A DNA stretch of 64,000 bases. It comes from an uncultured delta proteobacterium (lineage in GTDB: Bacteria; Myxococcota_A; Polyangia; Fen-1088). The notes beneath the pieces are model-generated. The model made no database searches and had not been told where the DNA came from. It saw only the letters and a program-made list of their open reading frames with translations. The position numbers were made by a program, and so were the translations under genes. The stretch covers positions 1,312,001-1,376,000 of the forward strand of contig CAVYGB010000008.1 of NCBI GenBank assembly GCA_963767925.1, in the 5' to 3' direction. Positions 1 to 10,391 of the stretch are shown piece after piece (positions within the stretch are counted from its first letter, which is position 1; each line of letters opens with the position of its first letter).

Positions 1-172
1 AGCCTATCACCGCGACGAGCGACCCGAGCTGGAGCACCGCCGTGAAGGCCGCGCCGGGGTCCGGCCGCCCCAGGAGCGCCGGAAAGACGCGCAGGTGAGC
101 CGTCGAGGAGATCGGGAGAAACTCGGTCACTCCCTGCAACAGGCCGAGCAGGATGGCTTCGAGCACGTTCAT
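1..172 (-). CDS. uppP: Undecaprenyl-diphosphate phosphatase, N-terminal part (runs off window)
   Basis: Manual translation from ATG at 172: [27 protein letters not shown]...[12 protein letters not shown], carrying the BacA/UppP signature [14 protein letters not shown]. Confidence 0.93.
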   Translation of the reverse strand, partial: MNVLEAILLGLLQGVTEFLPISSTAHLRVFPALLGRPDPGAAFTAVLQLGSLVAVIG

Positions 173-231
173 GGGCGGCACGTCCGGAGAATAGGGGGAC
201 GGCCATCTTAGCACGTCGCGGCGAGCAGTGA

Positions 232-1329
232 TCACCAGCGTAGAAGCCGCCGCACGGCCCGCCAGTACAGCCGCGACAGCGGGTTGGCGAGGCGGGTGAC
301 CGGCCAGGCAGCGACCGCCGGAAAGACGATCTCTCCGGTGAAGGCGGTGATCAGCTCGCGGTCCGCCACCCGCCTGAGGGCCTGCACCGCCCGGCGCCGG
401 GCCCTCATCCGACCCCAGCGCCTGGGCGCGAGGAAATACCGGTATGCCCGGGCCTTCTCCCGCCACCAGCCGCCCTGCAAGGCCATCGCCCACACGGCGC
501 CCTCGGCCGCCAGCAAGGCGGGCGCCAGCAGCAGCAACGTGCGCCCGCTGTAACACCAGAACAGCACCAGCCAGCGGTTGCGCTCCAGCCAGTGGAACTT
601 CCCGGCGCCTTTGTGGAAGGTGTACCTATGGCGGACGCGCGAGGCCGGCGCGAAGAGCACCCGGTGACCGGCCAGGCGGGCGCGCCAGCCGAGCTCAGCG
701 TCCTCCTGGTACAGGAACAGCTCGTCCGCGAAGAGGCCGATCTCCCGCAGGGTGGACAGCCGGACGAGCACGCCCGCCCCGCTGGGATAGGCGATCTCGC
801 GGGGGGCCCGGAGCTTGTCCGCCACTGCCGGGTCGTCCAGGCGCTGTCCGTCGCCGGCGGCGTAGCCGAAGCCGAGGTAGTGCAGGGCGTTGCCCGAGCT
901 GTTGACCACCGCCGGATCCGCCTGGCGGAGCAACAGGCTCTGCACGAGCGCGATGGCCGGGTCGCGGCTGGCGACCTCGAGGACGGCTTCGAGGAAGCCG
1001 GGCTCCACCTCGGTGTCCGGGTTGAGCAGGTAGGCGAAGGTGTCCCCCTCGGCCAGGGCCTGTCGCAGGGCCAGGTTGTTGCCGCCGGCAAAGCCGAGGT
1101 TCACCGCGCTGGCGACGAAGGTGACGGGAAGCCCACCCCGGGTGTGGCCGCCGTCCGCGGCGAGCAGCTCCCGGCGCACCAGGGCCGGGGTGCCGTCCTG
1201 GGAGGCGTTGTCGACGAGGATCAGGCGCACCCGGCCAGGGTCCAGGCCGGCACCATCGAGCGCCCGGAGGCAGGGGCCCAGCTCCGGGGCGTGGTTGTAG
1301 GAGACGACGACGATGGCGGTCCGGACCAT
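232..1329 (-). CDS. Glycosyltransferase family 2 (WbbL/rhamnosyltransferase-like)
   Basis: VVVSYN...[42 protein letters not shown]. Confidence 0.9.
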   Translation of the reverse strand: MVRTAIVVVSYNHAPELGPCLRALDGAGLDPGRVRLILVDNASQDGTPALVRRELLAADGGHTRGGLPVTFVASAVNLGFAGGNNLALRQALAEGDTFAYLLNPDTEVEPGFLEAVLEVASRDPAIALVQSLLLRQADPAVVNSSGNALHYLGFGYAAGDGQRLDDPAVADKLRAPREIAYPSGAGVLVRLSTLREIGLFADELFLYQEDAELGWRARLAGHRVLFAPASRVRHRYTFHKGAGKFHWLERNRWLVLFWCYSGRTLLLLAPALLAAEGAVWAMALQGGWWREKARAYRYFLAPRRWGRMRARRRAVQALRRVADRELITAFTGEIVFPAVAAWPVTRLANPLSRLYWRAVRRLLRW

Positions 1330-1413
1330 GAGGGGATCGACGCGGCAATGCGCACACTACAGGCCCCCGGCTCCGGTGGCGACCGATCGCCCGGCCGTGC
1401 TAGACGGACCCGC

Positions 1414-2553
1414 GTGAGCATCGCGACCGCCATCCCCAACCAGGACCTCCAGGCCCACCTCGCCCCCCTCGTGGAGGAGCTGAACGCCGCCGCCCGCCGG
1501 GTCATCGCCTCGGGCCGGTTCATCCTGGGCAGCGAGGGCGAGGCCTTCGAGAAGGAGGCGGCGGCGGCCTGTGGCAGGCGCGAGGCCATCGCGGTCTCCT
1601 CGGGGACCGATGCCCTGCTCGTCTTGCTGATGGCGCTCGGGATCGGGCCGGGCGATGAGGTCGTCACCACGCCGTTCACATTCTTCGCCACCGCCGGAAC
1701 CATCGCCCGTCTGGGGGCTCGCCCGCGCTTCGTCGACATCGAGCCCGACACGCTCAACCTCGACCCCGCCCGGGCGGCGGAGGCCCTCGGCCCCCAGACC
1801 CGCGCCGTCATGACCGTTCACCTGTTCGGCCGCCTGGCCCGCACCGAAGGGTTGCGCGAGGCCTGCCAGCGCGGATCGATCCCGCTGCTGGAGGACGCCG
1901 CCCAGTCGATCGGGGCCCGGGTGGGGGCCCAGGGGCCCCGGGTGGGCCAGCTCGGGCGCGCCGCCACCCTGTCGTTTTTTCCCGCCAAGAACCTCGGCGG
2001 CCTGGGCGACGGGGGCATGGTCGTGACCGACGACAGCGCGCTGGCCAGGTCGATCCGGGTGCTGCGGGTGCACGGGGGCGAGCGCCGCTACTACCACGAG
2101 GTGGTGGGGGGCAACTTCCGCCTCGACGAGATCCAGACCGCGTTCCTGCGCGTGCTCTTGCCCCACCTGCCGCGCTGGACCGATCTCCGGCGCGAGATCG
2201 CCGCGCGCTACCGGGCCAACCTGGGGGACCTGGCCGCGCGCTCCGCGGCGCTCGTGCTGCCGCCCGACGATCCCGGCTGCGTCTGGAACCAGTTCGTCGT
2301 CCGGGTGGGCGATGGTCGTCGCGACGCCCTGGCGGCGCACCTGAGCCAGCGGGGCATCGCCAGCGCGGTCTATTACCCGATGCCTCTGCACCTGCAGGCC
2401 TGCTTCGCCTCTCTGGGTCACCGCCCGGGGGACTTCCCGGTGGCCGAGCGCGCCTGCCAGGAGGTCCTGGCGCTCCCGCTCTACCCCGAGATGCCCCTCG
2501 CCCACGTCGACACGGTGTCCGAGGAGATCGGCACCTTCCTCGGCAAGGCTTGA
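1414..2553 (+). CDS. DegT/DnrJ/EryC1/StrS PLP-dependent sugar aminotransferase
   Basis: SSGTDAL, TPFTFFATA, EDAAQS, SFFPAKNLGGLGDGG; GTG start at 1414 inferred within the longer ORF. Confidence 0.9.
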   Translation: MSIATAIPNQDLQAHLAPLVEELNAAARRVIASGRFILGSEGEAFEKEAAAACGRREAIAVSSGTDALLVLLMALGIGPGDEVVTTPFTFFATAGTIARLGARPRFVDIEPDTLNLDPARAAEALGPQTRAVMTVHLFGRLARTEGLREACQRGSIPLLEDAAQSIGARVGAQGPRVGQLGRAATLSFFPAKNLGGLGDGGMVVTDDSALARSIRVLRVHGGERRYYHEVVGGNFRLDEIQTAFLRVLLPHLPRWTDLRREIAARYRANLGDLAARSAALVLPPDDPGCVWNQFVVRVGDGRRDALAAHLSQRGIASAVYYPMPLHLQACFASLGHRPGDFPVAERACQEVLALPLYPEMPLAHVDTVSEEIGTFLGKA

Positions 2554-2577
2554 TCGCCTCCGAACGGAACTCGTCCG

Positions 2578-4188
2578 ATGACGATCCGACGGCAACTCGG
2601 CCTCTTCTTCTTCGCCTTCTTCCTGTACCTGCTCTTCGGCAGCCGGGAGGTGCCCTGGACCGACGCCAAGCGCCTGCACATGGTGGCCGAGTCGATCGTG
2701 CACCGGAACGCGGTGGACATCGACATCCAGACCTCGCTCGTGCGCGACGGCAAGCACTACGCCTTCAACCCGTTTCTGACCTCCGCCGTCCACATCCCCG
2801 GCGCGGCCCTGCACAAATACGTCCTCGAGACCTGGCCGCGGGCAGGCGCCGCCACCAAGGCCCTCGGGAGCCACCTGGGGCCGGCCCTGTCGGCCGCCCT
2901 CGTGTGCCTGTTCTTCTGCCTGCTCTGCCGGGATCTGGGCGTCTCCCTGGTGGTCGCGAACCTGTCCACAGTGGTCCTCGCGGTCGGCACCATGATCGCG
3001 GTCTATGCCCGATCCCCCTATTCGGAGATCGTCCAGACCGCCGCCTTCATGGGCCTGTTTCTGTGGGTCCTGCGGGTGGCCCGCCGCCCGAGCATCGCCG
3101 CCGCGCTGGCGGTCGGGTTCTGGGCGGGGATGGTGGTCAACACGAAGGCGATCTACGTCCTGTCCTTTCCCGGGGCGTTTGCCCTGGCCGGCTGGATCAT
3201 CTACCGGGAGCACGGGCCCGGCCGGCTCCTGCGGACGATCGGCTGGGCCGCGGTCGGCGCGCTGCCGGGGCTGTTCATGCTGCTGGCCTACAATGACGCC
3301 CGCACGGGGTCGATGACCAACATCGGTTATCCCCTGGCCGAGCAGGCAAAGCGGGAGTTCATCGAGAAGCCGCTGTTCGGCCTGATCGGCCTGTTGTTTT
3401 CCCCCGGCAAGAGCCTGTTTCTCTACAGCCCGCCGCTCATCGTGAGCCTGTTTGCCCTTCCCCACGCCCTGCGCAGCCGGCCGCGCACCTGGTTCTGGCT
3501 GCTGCTTCTGACTTGCGGCCCGGTGATCTGGTTCTACTCGCGGTTCGTCTTCTGGAGCGGAGACTGGTGCTGGGGCCCCCGATATCTGCTCTTCCTCGTC
3601 CCGCTGTTGCTGCTGCCGGCCGTCTTCCTCCTCGAGGATCTCTGGCGCCGGCGCCGCGGAATCGCCGTGGCGGCGACCGCCGTCGTGCTGGCGGCCGGGC
3701 TGTTCGTGCAGGTGCTGGGCGGCCTGTTTTACTGGGACCACTTCATCCGCATCTCGCAGGACGTGCAGCGCCAGTGGCTGGGGAGCCCCAACCGGGCCGG
3801 CGCGACGAGCCCCATCCGACCGGGCGGCTCCTGCGATCCCTGCTTCGAGGACTTCTACGCCTTCAACTGGCTGCCTCCCTTCTCCCAGCTCCGCGGCCAT
3901 TACTGGCTGGCAGGTCACGTCTGGAACGAGCGCACCTGGCAACAGGCCGAGGCCGACGCCCCCTGGCGGCCGTACACGACCCTCAAGTTCAACTTCGCCA
4001 ACAGCTACCTGCGCACCCGCCTGGACTGGTGGTACTTCGACTGGCGCGAGGGGTGGCTGCGCCCGGCCGGCCTCCGGCTGCTGAGGCTGATGAGCGTCGC
4101 CACCGGACTTGGCGCCCTCCTGTGGTGGTGCCCTCCGCTGCGGTTGCGGCTGCGGCGCCGCGGAAAGCTCCCGCGGGAGTCGACCTGA
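2578..4188 (+). CDS. Multi-pass membrane protein, probable GT-C superfamily glycosyltransferase
   Basis: About 11-12 hydrophobic segments, acidic residue in first loop (WTDAK), SPGKSLFLYSP and WGPRYL motifs. Confidence 0.7.
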   Translation: MTIRRQLGLFFFAFFLYLLFGSREVPWTDAKRLHMVAESIVHRNAVDIDIQTSLVRDGKHYAFNPFLTSAVHIPGAALHKYVLETWPRAGAATKALGSHLGPALSAALVCLFFCLLCRDLGVSLVVANLSTVVLAVGTMIAVYARSPYSEIVQTAAFMGLFLWVLRVARRPSIAAALAVGFWAGMVVNTKAIYVLSFPGAFALAGWIIYREHGPGRLLRTIGWAAVGALPGLFMLLAYNDARTGSMTNIGYPLAEQAKREFIEKPLFGLIGLLFSPGKSLFLYSPPLIVSLFALPHALRSRPRTWFWLLLLTCGPVIWFYSRFVFWSGDWCWGPRYLLFLVPLLLLPAVFLLEDLWRRRRGIAVAATAVVLAAGLFVQVLGGLFYWDHFIRISQDVQRQWLGSPNRAGATSPIRPGGSCDPCFEDFYAFNWLPPFSQLRGHYWLAGHVWNERTWQQAEADAPWRPYTTLKFNFANSYLRTRLDWWYFDWREGWLRPAGLRLLRLMSVATGLGALLWWCPPLRLRLRRRGKLPREST

Positions 4189-4237
4189 GCGGCAGGCGTT
4201 GACGCCCTCCCGATCCGGAAACGAGTATAAGAGGGCC

Positions 4238-4957
4238 GTGTCGTCCCCAGGCAGCAGCGGATCGAACCGGCTCGACGAGCTGGACTTCTCGGCCCACGAC
4301 GGGCTGAACGCGCTCACCATCGACTACCGGTACCGGCGGCTGGCCGCCTTTTACCAGGGGCGGAGCTGCCTGGAGTTCGGCTGCGCCGACGGGCGGGGGC
4401 TGGAGTTCCTCCTCGAGCGGTTCGAGGCGGTGACCGCCGTCGATGGGTCGGCCCGTCTGCTCGAAGAGACGCGCCGGCGGGTGACCTCGCCCCGCCTGAC
4501 CCTGGTCCAGGGCTTCTTCGAGGAGATCGATCTGGGACGGACCTTCGACACCGTGCAGATGGGACACATCCTCGAGCACGTCGACGACCCCCGGCGGGTG
4601 ATCGAGGTCGGCATCAAGCACCTGGCTCCCGAGGGCGTCCTCATCGCCGACGTCCCGAACGCCAACTCGATCCACCGGCACGTCGGCGTCTCGCTGGGCA
4701 TGATCGAACAGGTCACCGATCTCAACGACGCCGACGTCCGCATCGGCCATCAGCGGGTCTACACCTGGGACCGGTTCCGCCAGGAGTTCGAGGCGCTCGG
4801 CCTGCGCATCGTCGAGCAGGGGGGCGTGTTTCTCAAGCCGCTCTCCAACGCGCAGATGGAGCAGTCCCTCTCGCCCGAGCAGATCCGGGCGTTCTTCGCG
4901 GTGGGCGAGCGCTTCCCCGAGATCGCCGCCGAGATCTACGTCGTCTGCCGGCGCTGA
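4238..4957 (+). CDS. Class I SAM-dependent methyltransferase
   Basis: CLEFGCADG motif I, VTAVDGS, FDTVQMGHILEHVDDP, DVPNANS; GTG start inferred. Confidence 0.88.
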   Translation: MSSPGSSGSNRLDELDFSAHDGLNALTIDYRYRRLAAFYQGRSCLEFGCADGRGLEFLLERFEAVTAVDGSARLLEETRRRVTSPRLTLVQGFFEEIDLGRTFDTVQMGHILEHVDDPRRVIEVGIKHLAPEGVLIADVPNANSIHRHVGVSLGMIEQVTDLNDADVRIGHQRVYTWDRFRQEFEALGLRIVEQGGVFLKPLSNAQMEQSLSPEQIRAFFAVGERFPEIAAEIYVVCRR

Positions 4958-4990
4958 CCGGCCGGAGCTCGGCGGCGAGGACGTCGGCGG

Positions 4991-5611
4991 TCAGGCCAGC
5001 AGCCGGTCGAGGTCCAGCTCGGCGAACGAGCGCACGACGAGATCGGCCTCCTCGATGGGGACCCGGGCCAGGGCGGGGTTCACGCGCAGGACGCGAAGGA
5101 TCCCCAGCGCGGCGCCGACCTTCATGTCGTGGATGGTGTCGCCCACCATCCGGCAGCTCTCGGCCGGGAGCCCGAGGCGGTCCAGCACCAGCCGGGTGGC
5201 GGCGGGGTCCGGCTTCGGCGGGACCTCGTCGTCGAGGGCGACGATGGCGGCAGGAGCGGGCAGGGTCAGGTCGGCGAAGGCCGCCCGGATGGTGGCCTGG
5301 CAGTTGCGGGTGTAGATGGCGAACGGAACCGCGCGGTCGCGCAGGCGGTCGAGGAGCACGCGGGCGTCCGGGTAGAAGGCGCCCCGGGTTACCCCCGCGG
5401 CCTCGTGCTCGGCGAGGATGGCAAGCATCCGGGCCCGCTCCGCGGGCGGAGCCTTCAGGAGGTGATCGGTGACCCGACCCGCCCGGCTCCTCTCGGCGCC
5501 GCCGAAGGCGGCCGGCAACTCGGCCACCAGGGCCCGCCAGAGCGCCTCGTAGTCGGTGGCCAGGTGAAACAGGGTCCCGTCGAAGTCGAAGATGATCGCT
5601 CGGCCGGTCAC
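4991..5611 (-). CDS. HAD-superfamily hydrolase (phosphoglycolate phosphatase-like)
   Basis: IIFDFDGTL, YTRN, PKPDP, MVGDTIHD; GTGA overlap with upstream stop. Confidence 0.88.
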   Translation of the reverse strand: MTGRAIIFDFDGTLFHLATDYEALWRALVAELPAAFGGAERSRAGRVTDHLLKAPPAERARMLAILAEHEAAGVTRGAFYPDARVLLDRLRDRAVPFAIYTRNCQATIRAAFADLTLPAPAAIVALDDEVPPKPDPAATRLVLDRLGLPAESCRMVGDTIHDMKVGAALGILRVLRVNPALARVPIEEADLVVRSFAELDLDRLLA

Positions 5612-6675
5612 GCCCGCTCGGCCTTCCAGTCCTCGCCCTTCACCAGGGTGAACCCCATGTCGATCATGCGCACCCACCACCAGTCGGCGGGGACCGGGTT
5701 GTAGGTCGGAAAGGCGGGGACCTCCTGGCCGAGGCCCAGCCGCAGGTAGGTGAGCGGGAAGTTGACCCCGCAGTGGGCGTAGAAGTTGCTCGTCGTGAAG
5801 AAGCGGCCGCAGTTGATCTCGGTGACCCGGGGCTGCCCCTGCGCGTTCTCCTTGAGGTCGACGCAGAAGACGCCGTGGGGAGCCGGGTCGGACGCCAGGA
5901 TGGCCCGGGTGGACAGCTCGTTGACGTCGTCCCGGTGGACCGTGCGAGCCACCGAGGGCGAAGAGCTCTGTCCACTCGGCGTGAGGTGCCCGAAGATGTA
6001 CTCCACCCGCTCCCGGGCTTGCGACACGACCAGGCGCCCCCGGTGCCAGAGGCTCTGGAAGGCGAACTCGCGCCCGGGCAGGAACTCGCTCACCATGAAG
6101 TCGCCCCAGCCGAGGTTGCGCATGGTCTTCCAGTAGTCGACCCAGGCGCGCGCGTGCTCGACCTTCTTGACCGGCAGGCTGGCCCGTCCGCCCGCGCCCC
6201 GGATGGCCCGCAGCCAGGCCTTCTCGTGACGAGAGAAGAGGGCGCCGAGGGCGGACTCCAGGTCGGCCTCGCTCTGGAGGAAATAGGCCTCCGGAACCGG
6301 CAGCCCCGCCTGCGACATGATGCGGTTGAATTCCATCTTGTCGGCGCACCGGCGCACGGTTTCGTCGGGCGGCAGGAAGGTCGTGGCTCCGATCTCGTGG
6401 CGCCTGCGGGAGATCACGTCGACCTCGACGTCGGGCTGTGCGTGGAGGAAGTCCACCTTCTCCCGCTCGATGATCCGGTTGAGGGCGTCGAGGTAGTCCG
6501 GTGAGTCGGCGCGGGGGACCAGGTAGTTGCGGTCGGTCCGCGTGAGCGGCAGGTGGTGGGGCTTGACGTCGGCCCCGACGATGTAGAGGGACTCTTCCGC
6601 CTGAGCCAGACGAAGAGCATCGACGAAATTGTGAGCAGCCGAGCCGCCCGCTCCTGTGACGAGAATGCGTTTCAT
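5608..6675 (-). CDS. ATP-grasp ligase (CarB-like fold, polysaccharide-cluster type)
   Basis: MKRILVTGAGG, CADK, SEFLPGREF, VTEINCGRF. Confidence 0.8.
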   Translation of the reverse strand: MKRILVTGAGGSAAHNFVDALRLAQAEESLYIVGADVKPHHLPLTRTDRNYLVPRADSPDYLDALNRIIEREKVDFLHAQPDVEVDVISRRRHEIGATTFLPPDETVRRCADKMEFNRIMSQAGLPVPEAYFLQSEADLESALGALFSRHEKAWLRAIRGAGGRASLPVKKVEHARAWVDYWKTMRNLGWGDFMVSEFLPGREFAFQSLWHRGRLVVSQARERVEYIFGHLTPSGQSSSPSVARTVHRDDVNELSTRAILASDPAPHGVFCVDLKENAQGQPRVTEINCGRFFTTSNFYAHCGVNFPLTYLRLGLGQEVPAFPTYNPVPADWWWVRMIDMGFTLVKGEDWKAERA

Positions 6676-7586
6676 GTTGTCTCGGTCGCTGTCTCCTCGA
6701 CCCCGGGGAAGTGCTCGACCGCCGGGCTGGTCAGCCACATGGCGACGAACGCTCCCCCCAGCAGGGCGAAGCCGGCCAATCCCAGCAGGGGGTTGAGGGT
6801 GAGCAAGGAGAGGACCATCAGGCCGGTCGAGGCGAGCAACAGCAGCAACGAGCTGCGATCCCGCAGGGGACCGATCGCGACCCGGCTGCCGACGATGCGC
6901 GCCATCTTGCCCAGGGTCTTCGGGATCTGCTTGTGCAGCACGATCGACGAGACCTCGCGGCCATAGCGGGAGGGGCTCGGCAGCAGGGCGAAGCGACAGC
7001 CGATCCGTCGGAACTCGGTCATCATGGTGTTCTCGAGATCGTAACCGGCGGCGATGGCGCCCAGGTCCATCTCCTCGAACACCCGGCGGCGGGCCAGCAG
7101 GTAGCCGTGCAACACGTCGCTCATGCCCCGGTAGCCAAGGATGATCTGCATGAGCGCGGACACGCCGAGGTTTCCCCAGTAGCGAAAGCGCGGCATGGTG
7201 TGCAGCGAGGCCTGGTGCAAGAAGCGCGAGCCCTTGGCCACCTCCAGATCGGGGTGATCCAGGAGCACCTGGCGAAACCGGGGGATGAGGCGCTCGTCAC
7301 ACTGGTTGTCGGAGCCGATGATTCCGATGGCCTCGACCTGGGGGTCGGCCAGGAGCGCCTGCAGCCCGGTGATCACCGCCGCCCCGACCCCTCGATTGCG
7401 CGGGTGGTGAACGGCTGTCACCCGGGGGCCGTGGCGGGTGGCCAGCTCGTCGGCGATGCGGGGCGTGGCGTCCCGGCTTCCGTCGTTGACGACGACCAGC
7501 CGTTCGACCAAGGGAAGCACACCCGCAACCGTCTCCGCCAGCAGGAGCTCTTCGTTGTAGGCCGGCATCACGAAGCCGATTCGCAT
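6672..7586 (-). CDS. Glycosyltransferase family 2, polyprenol-phosphate glycosyltransferase-like with C-terminal TM helices
   Basis: VMPAYNEE, VVNDGSRDAT, NRGVGAA, KGSRF; two C-terminal hydrophobic helices. Confidence 0.85.
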   Translation of the reverse strand: MRIGFVMPAYNEELLLAETVAGVLPLVERLVVVNDGSRDATPRIADELATRHGPRVTAVHHPRNRGVGAAVITGLQALLADPQVEAIGIIGSDNQCDERLIPRFRQVLLDHPDLEVAKGSRFLHQASLHTMPRFRYWGNLGVSALMQIILGYRGMSDVLHGYLLARRRVFEEMDLGAIAAGYDLENTMMTEFRRIGCRFALLPSPSRYGREVSSIVLHKQIPKTLGKMARIVGSRVAIGPLRDRSSLLLLLASTGLMVLSLLTLNPLLGLAGFALLGGAFVAMWLTSPAVEHFPGVEETATETT

Positions 7587-7669
7587 CGGCCTTCCGGCTA
7601 ACACGCGCGGCCCGGGCAGTGCAACCATGACTCGCCGCGCTCTACGAGCGTCTGGTATGGTTCCCGGCG

Positions 7670-8704
7670 GTGAAACCCAAGCCTGTTCCCACCCTCGTGA
7701 TCGGATACGGAAACATGGGGAGCAAACACGCCCGCGCCCTCCGTCAGCTCGGGGGAGCGGGCACGGTCTGGGGGGTGGTGGACCCGCGCGCCGAACGCCG
7801 CAGCCGGGCCGAGGTGGACAACGAGGGGTGCCGGACGTTCGCCCAGGTCACCGACGCCCTCTCCGCGGCGCAGCCGCCCCCTTGCGCCATCGTCGCCGCC
7901 GCGACGCGCTACCATTACGACATCACCCGCGTGTTGCTCGAGCGTGGCATCCCCACCCTGGTGGAAAAGCCGATCGCCGCGAGCAGCGAGCACGGCCGGC
8001 TCCTGCTGGAGATGGGCACCCGGATGAACACGCTGCTCACCGTCGGTCACGTCGAGCGTTTCAATCCGGCGGCGGTCGCCGCCCGGCGCCTCGTCATGGA
8101 GAAGGTCCTCGGCGATCTCATCCAGATCAGCTTTCGCCGGGTCGGAGGCACGCCCTCCGACGTCGCCGCCTCGGGGGACGTCCTGTCCGACCTGGCGGTG
8201 CACGACTTCGATCTCGCGCGGTTCATCACCGCCGGCGAGCTCACGGTCTCCGAGGCGCTCGGCCACCGGGAAGGGGGGAGGATCGACGGGGTCCTCGTGC
8301 TGGGGGCCATCTCCACTGGCGCCTCCTTGCAGCTCCAGGTGAACTGGCGAACGCCGGTGAAGATCCGCCGCATCGAGCTCACCGGGACGCTGGGGTACGC
8401 CGAGATAAACCTGATCACCCAGCAGGTGGTCCTGTACCGGCAGAACCCCCTGCTGGTCGAGAAGGTCTCCGACCCCGACACGCACTCCTACTACAACGAC
8501 TACTTGCTCTCGTTCGCCTCCCCCGACCGCGTGGAGCTGGGGATCGTTCGCAAGGAGCCGCTGCAGGAGGAGCTGGGCGCCTTCTGGCGCGCCATCGAGC
8601 AGAAGGAGCCGGCGCCGGTGTCGGTCGCCGATGCCGTGGTCGCCGTCGAGCTCGCCGAGGCTACCCGGGCCCGTCTGGACGAGGAGAAGACCAGCCGCCG
8701 CTAG
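7670..8704 (+). CDS. Gfo/Idh/MocA family oxidoreductase
   Basis: VIGYGNMGSKHAR, LVEKPIA, VGHVERFNPA, DLAVHDFD. Confidence 0.9.
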   Translation: MKPKPVPTLVIGYGNMGSKHARALRQLGGAGTVWGVVDPRAERRSRAEVDNEGCRTFAQVTDALSAAQPPPCAIVAAATRYHYDITRVLLERGIPTLVEKPIAASSEHGRLLLEMGTRMNTLLTVGHVERFNPAAVAARRLVMEKVLGDLIQISFRRVGGTPSDVAASGDVLSDLAVHDFDLARFITAGELTVSEALGHREGGRIDGVLVLGAISTGASLQLQVNWRTPVKIRRIELTGTLGYAEINLITQQVVLYRQNPLLVEKVSDPDTHSYYNDYLLSFASPDRVELGIVRKEPLQEELGAFWRAIEQKEPAPVSVADAVVAVELAEATRARLDEEKTSRR

Positions 8705-9740
8705 CAGAGCCGCTAGCACGTTCGTCGAGCTGCCGCTTGATCCAGAGGGCGGTGACGACGACACAGGCCGCCTGGATGAGGTACATCATCGGCGACATCC
8801 AGGGGCCGCCGGTCAGGAACAGCGACTGGGTGGGGAACTCCTGGGACTTGCCCCGGAGCCCCCCGTCGATGGTCAGCCAGAGCTTGGAATAGAACAGGGA
8901 GACGGCGGCCAGGGCGAGGAGCGTCGGCCGGGGCAGGCGCAGGTCGTCGACGAGCTTGATCCCGAAGGGCAAGAGGATGGCGGCGAAAGTGAACGACTGT
9001 CGGGATTCGCTCCCGATGGCCACCGTGAGCGCCAGCAACGTGGTCAAGGTCACACCCATCCCTTGCTGGTGGAAGAGCGTGCAGACCTGGCGCCAGCGCA
9101 GGGCCATGACGATGACGATGGGCCCGAAGAACAGCACGTGGGCCAGCAGGGAGATGGCGGGCTTGGCCGTGCTGGTGAACGTGAACGCGTTGAGGGTGCC
9201 GAACACCGTGATCCCGCTGCCCTTGCCGACCCGCCAGACGGTGCCGTGGACCACCAGAATCGCGATCAGCGCCAGCAGGGTGCGGGGCCGCAGCAGGGTC
9301 TGGCAGTAAAACGAGAACCGATACAGCGGCCGGGCGTCGATCAGCCGGCGGATGTAAAAGAAGATGAACAGGGCCGCGAGCGCGATGCTCAGGCGCACGA
9401 CCTCGTAGATGGGCTGGTCGACCTCGGCGATCGATTGTCCGTAGGCCGATCCCGGGTGCAAGCGATCGGCGTGCAGCCGCTGACAGAGGACGGCCCAGGC
9501 GAGGGCGGGGAGAGCGGCGAGGGCCAGCACCAGCCAGCGCGGTCCGCCGGGCTGTCCGTCCGGCGCCGCCGTCACCTGCCCCTGCTTACCGAACAGGATC
9601 AGCGGAATGGCGGCGGGGAGGATGGTCGGCCAGGCAAAGGCCCCCACCACGGCGGTGAGCGTCAGGAGGACCGGCCGGTTCGCCAGGTAGAAGGACAGGA
9701 GGAACAGGCCGAAGGCGAAGCCCCACATGTCGCCGAGCAC
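8661..9740 (-). CDS. Multi-pass membrane protein, possibly 5'-truncated (GT-C-like?)
   Basis: About 10 hydrophobic segments; the reading frame continues upstream of the GTG (IGQVFGACVLFGSFGNAKWTAYYP) without an in-frame start. Confidence 0.55.
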   Translation of the reverse strand: MLGDMWGFAFGLFLLSFYLANRPVLLTLTAVVGAFAWPTILPAAIPLILFGKQGQVTAAPDGQPGGPRWLVLALAALPALAWAVLCQRLHADRLHPGSAYGQSIAEVDQPIYEVVRLSIALAALFIFFYIRRLIDARPLYRFSFYCQTLLRPRTLLALIAILVVHGTVWRVGKGSGITVFGTLNAFTFTSTAKPAISLLAHVLFFGPIVIVMALRWRQVCTLFHQQGMGVTLTTLLALTVAIGSESRQSFTFAAILLPFGIKLVDDLRLPRPTLLALAAVSLFYSKLWLTIDGGLRGKSQEFPTQSLFLTGGPWMSPMMYLIQAACVVVTALWIKRQLDERASGSASGGWSSPRPDGPG

Positions 9741-10330
9741 CGGGTAATACGCGGTCCACTTGGCGTTGCCAAAGCTGCCGAACAGGACGCAGGCCCCGAA
9801 GACCTGCCCGATCCGTGCGCGACGGGCGTGCGGGGCAGGGCGGTTTCGTCGAAGGTGCCTTCCTGGCTCATGGCCGGCACCTCGGCAGGCGACAGGTGCG
9901 CGCCTGGAAAGCGCATCACCCTGTTGTGGCGATTATTACGAATAATCTTTTGTGTGTCAGGAATTCGTCAGCTTCGCGCATGAATCGTCCGACCGTTCTG
10001 CCCTTCCGTCGTTCTCAATGTCGGCCGTGAACGCGCCGGATTCGGCAAATCGAGGGATCAAAATTGGGGGCCGTTTGCGAGCGGCCGTCTCGATTCGCTC
10101 GAACGAGGGCCGGCGGACGTTACCCGCGCAGAAATGTGTTGAGAAGCCGGGAGGCAATGCGATTGCGTTTACCTGGGTTTCCCTGAGACGCGGGGAGGAA
10201 GGGGGACGATCTCGCTGCCGCAGGCAGCGCGCGGCTCGGTTGCAGTCAGCGACTGGATCCAAACAGGGCAGCAATCGAAACGTGCAACAGGTCACGCCGC
10301 ACCCGAAGACATCACGGGCCGCAGGCCAAA

Positions 10331-10374
10331 AACTCAAGAAGAACTCAAGAATAACTCAAGAAGAACTCATGATG
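10331..10374 (+). repeat. Four tandem 11-bp direct repeats AACTCAAGAA(G/T)
   Basis: aactcaagaag aactcaagaat aactcaagaag aactcatgatg read directly. Confidence 0.9.
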
Positions 10375-10391
10375 AGGCACGTGGTAAGGAC

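Noticed and set aside
10331..10374. CRISPR array (also considered for 48046-48078)
   Set aside because: The 11-bp units are contiguous with no spacers, and no cas genes are present.
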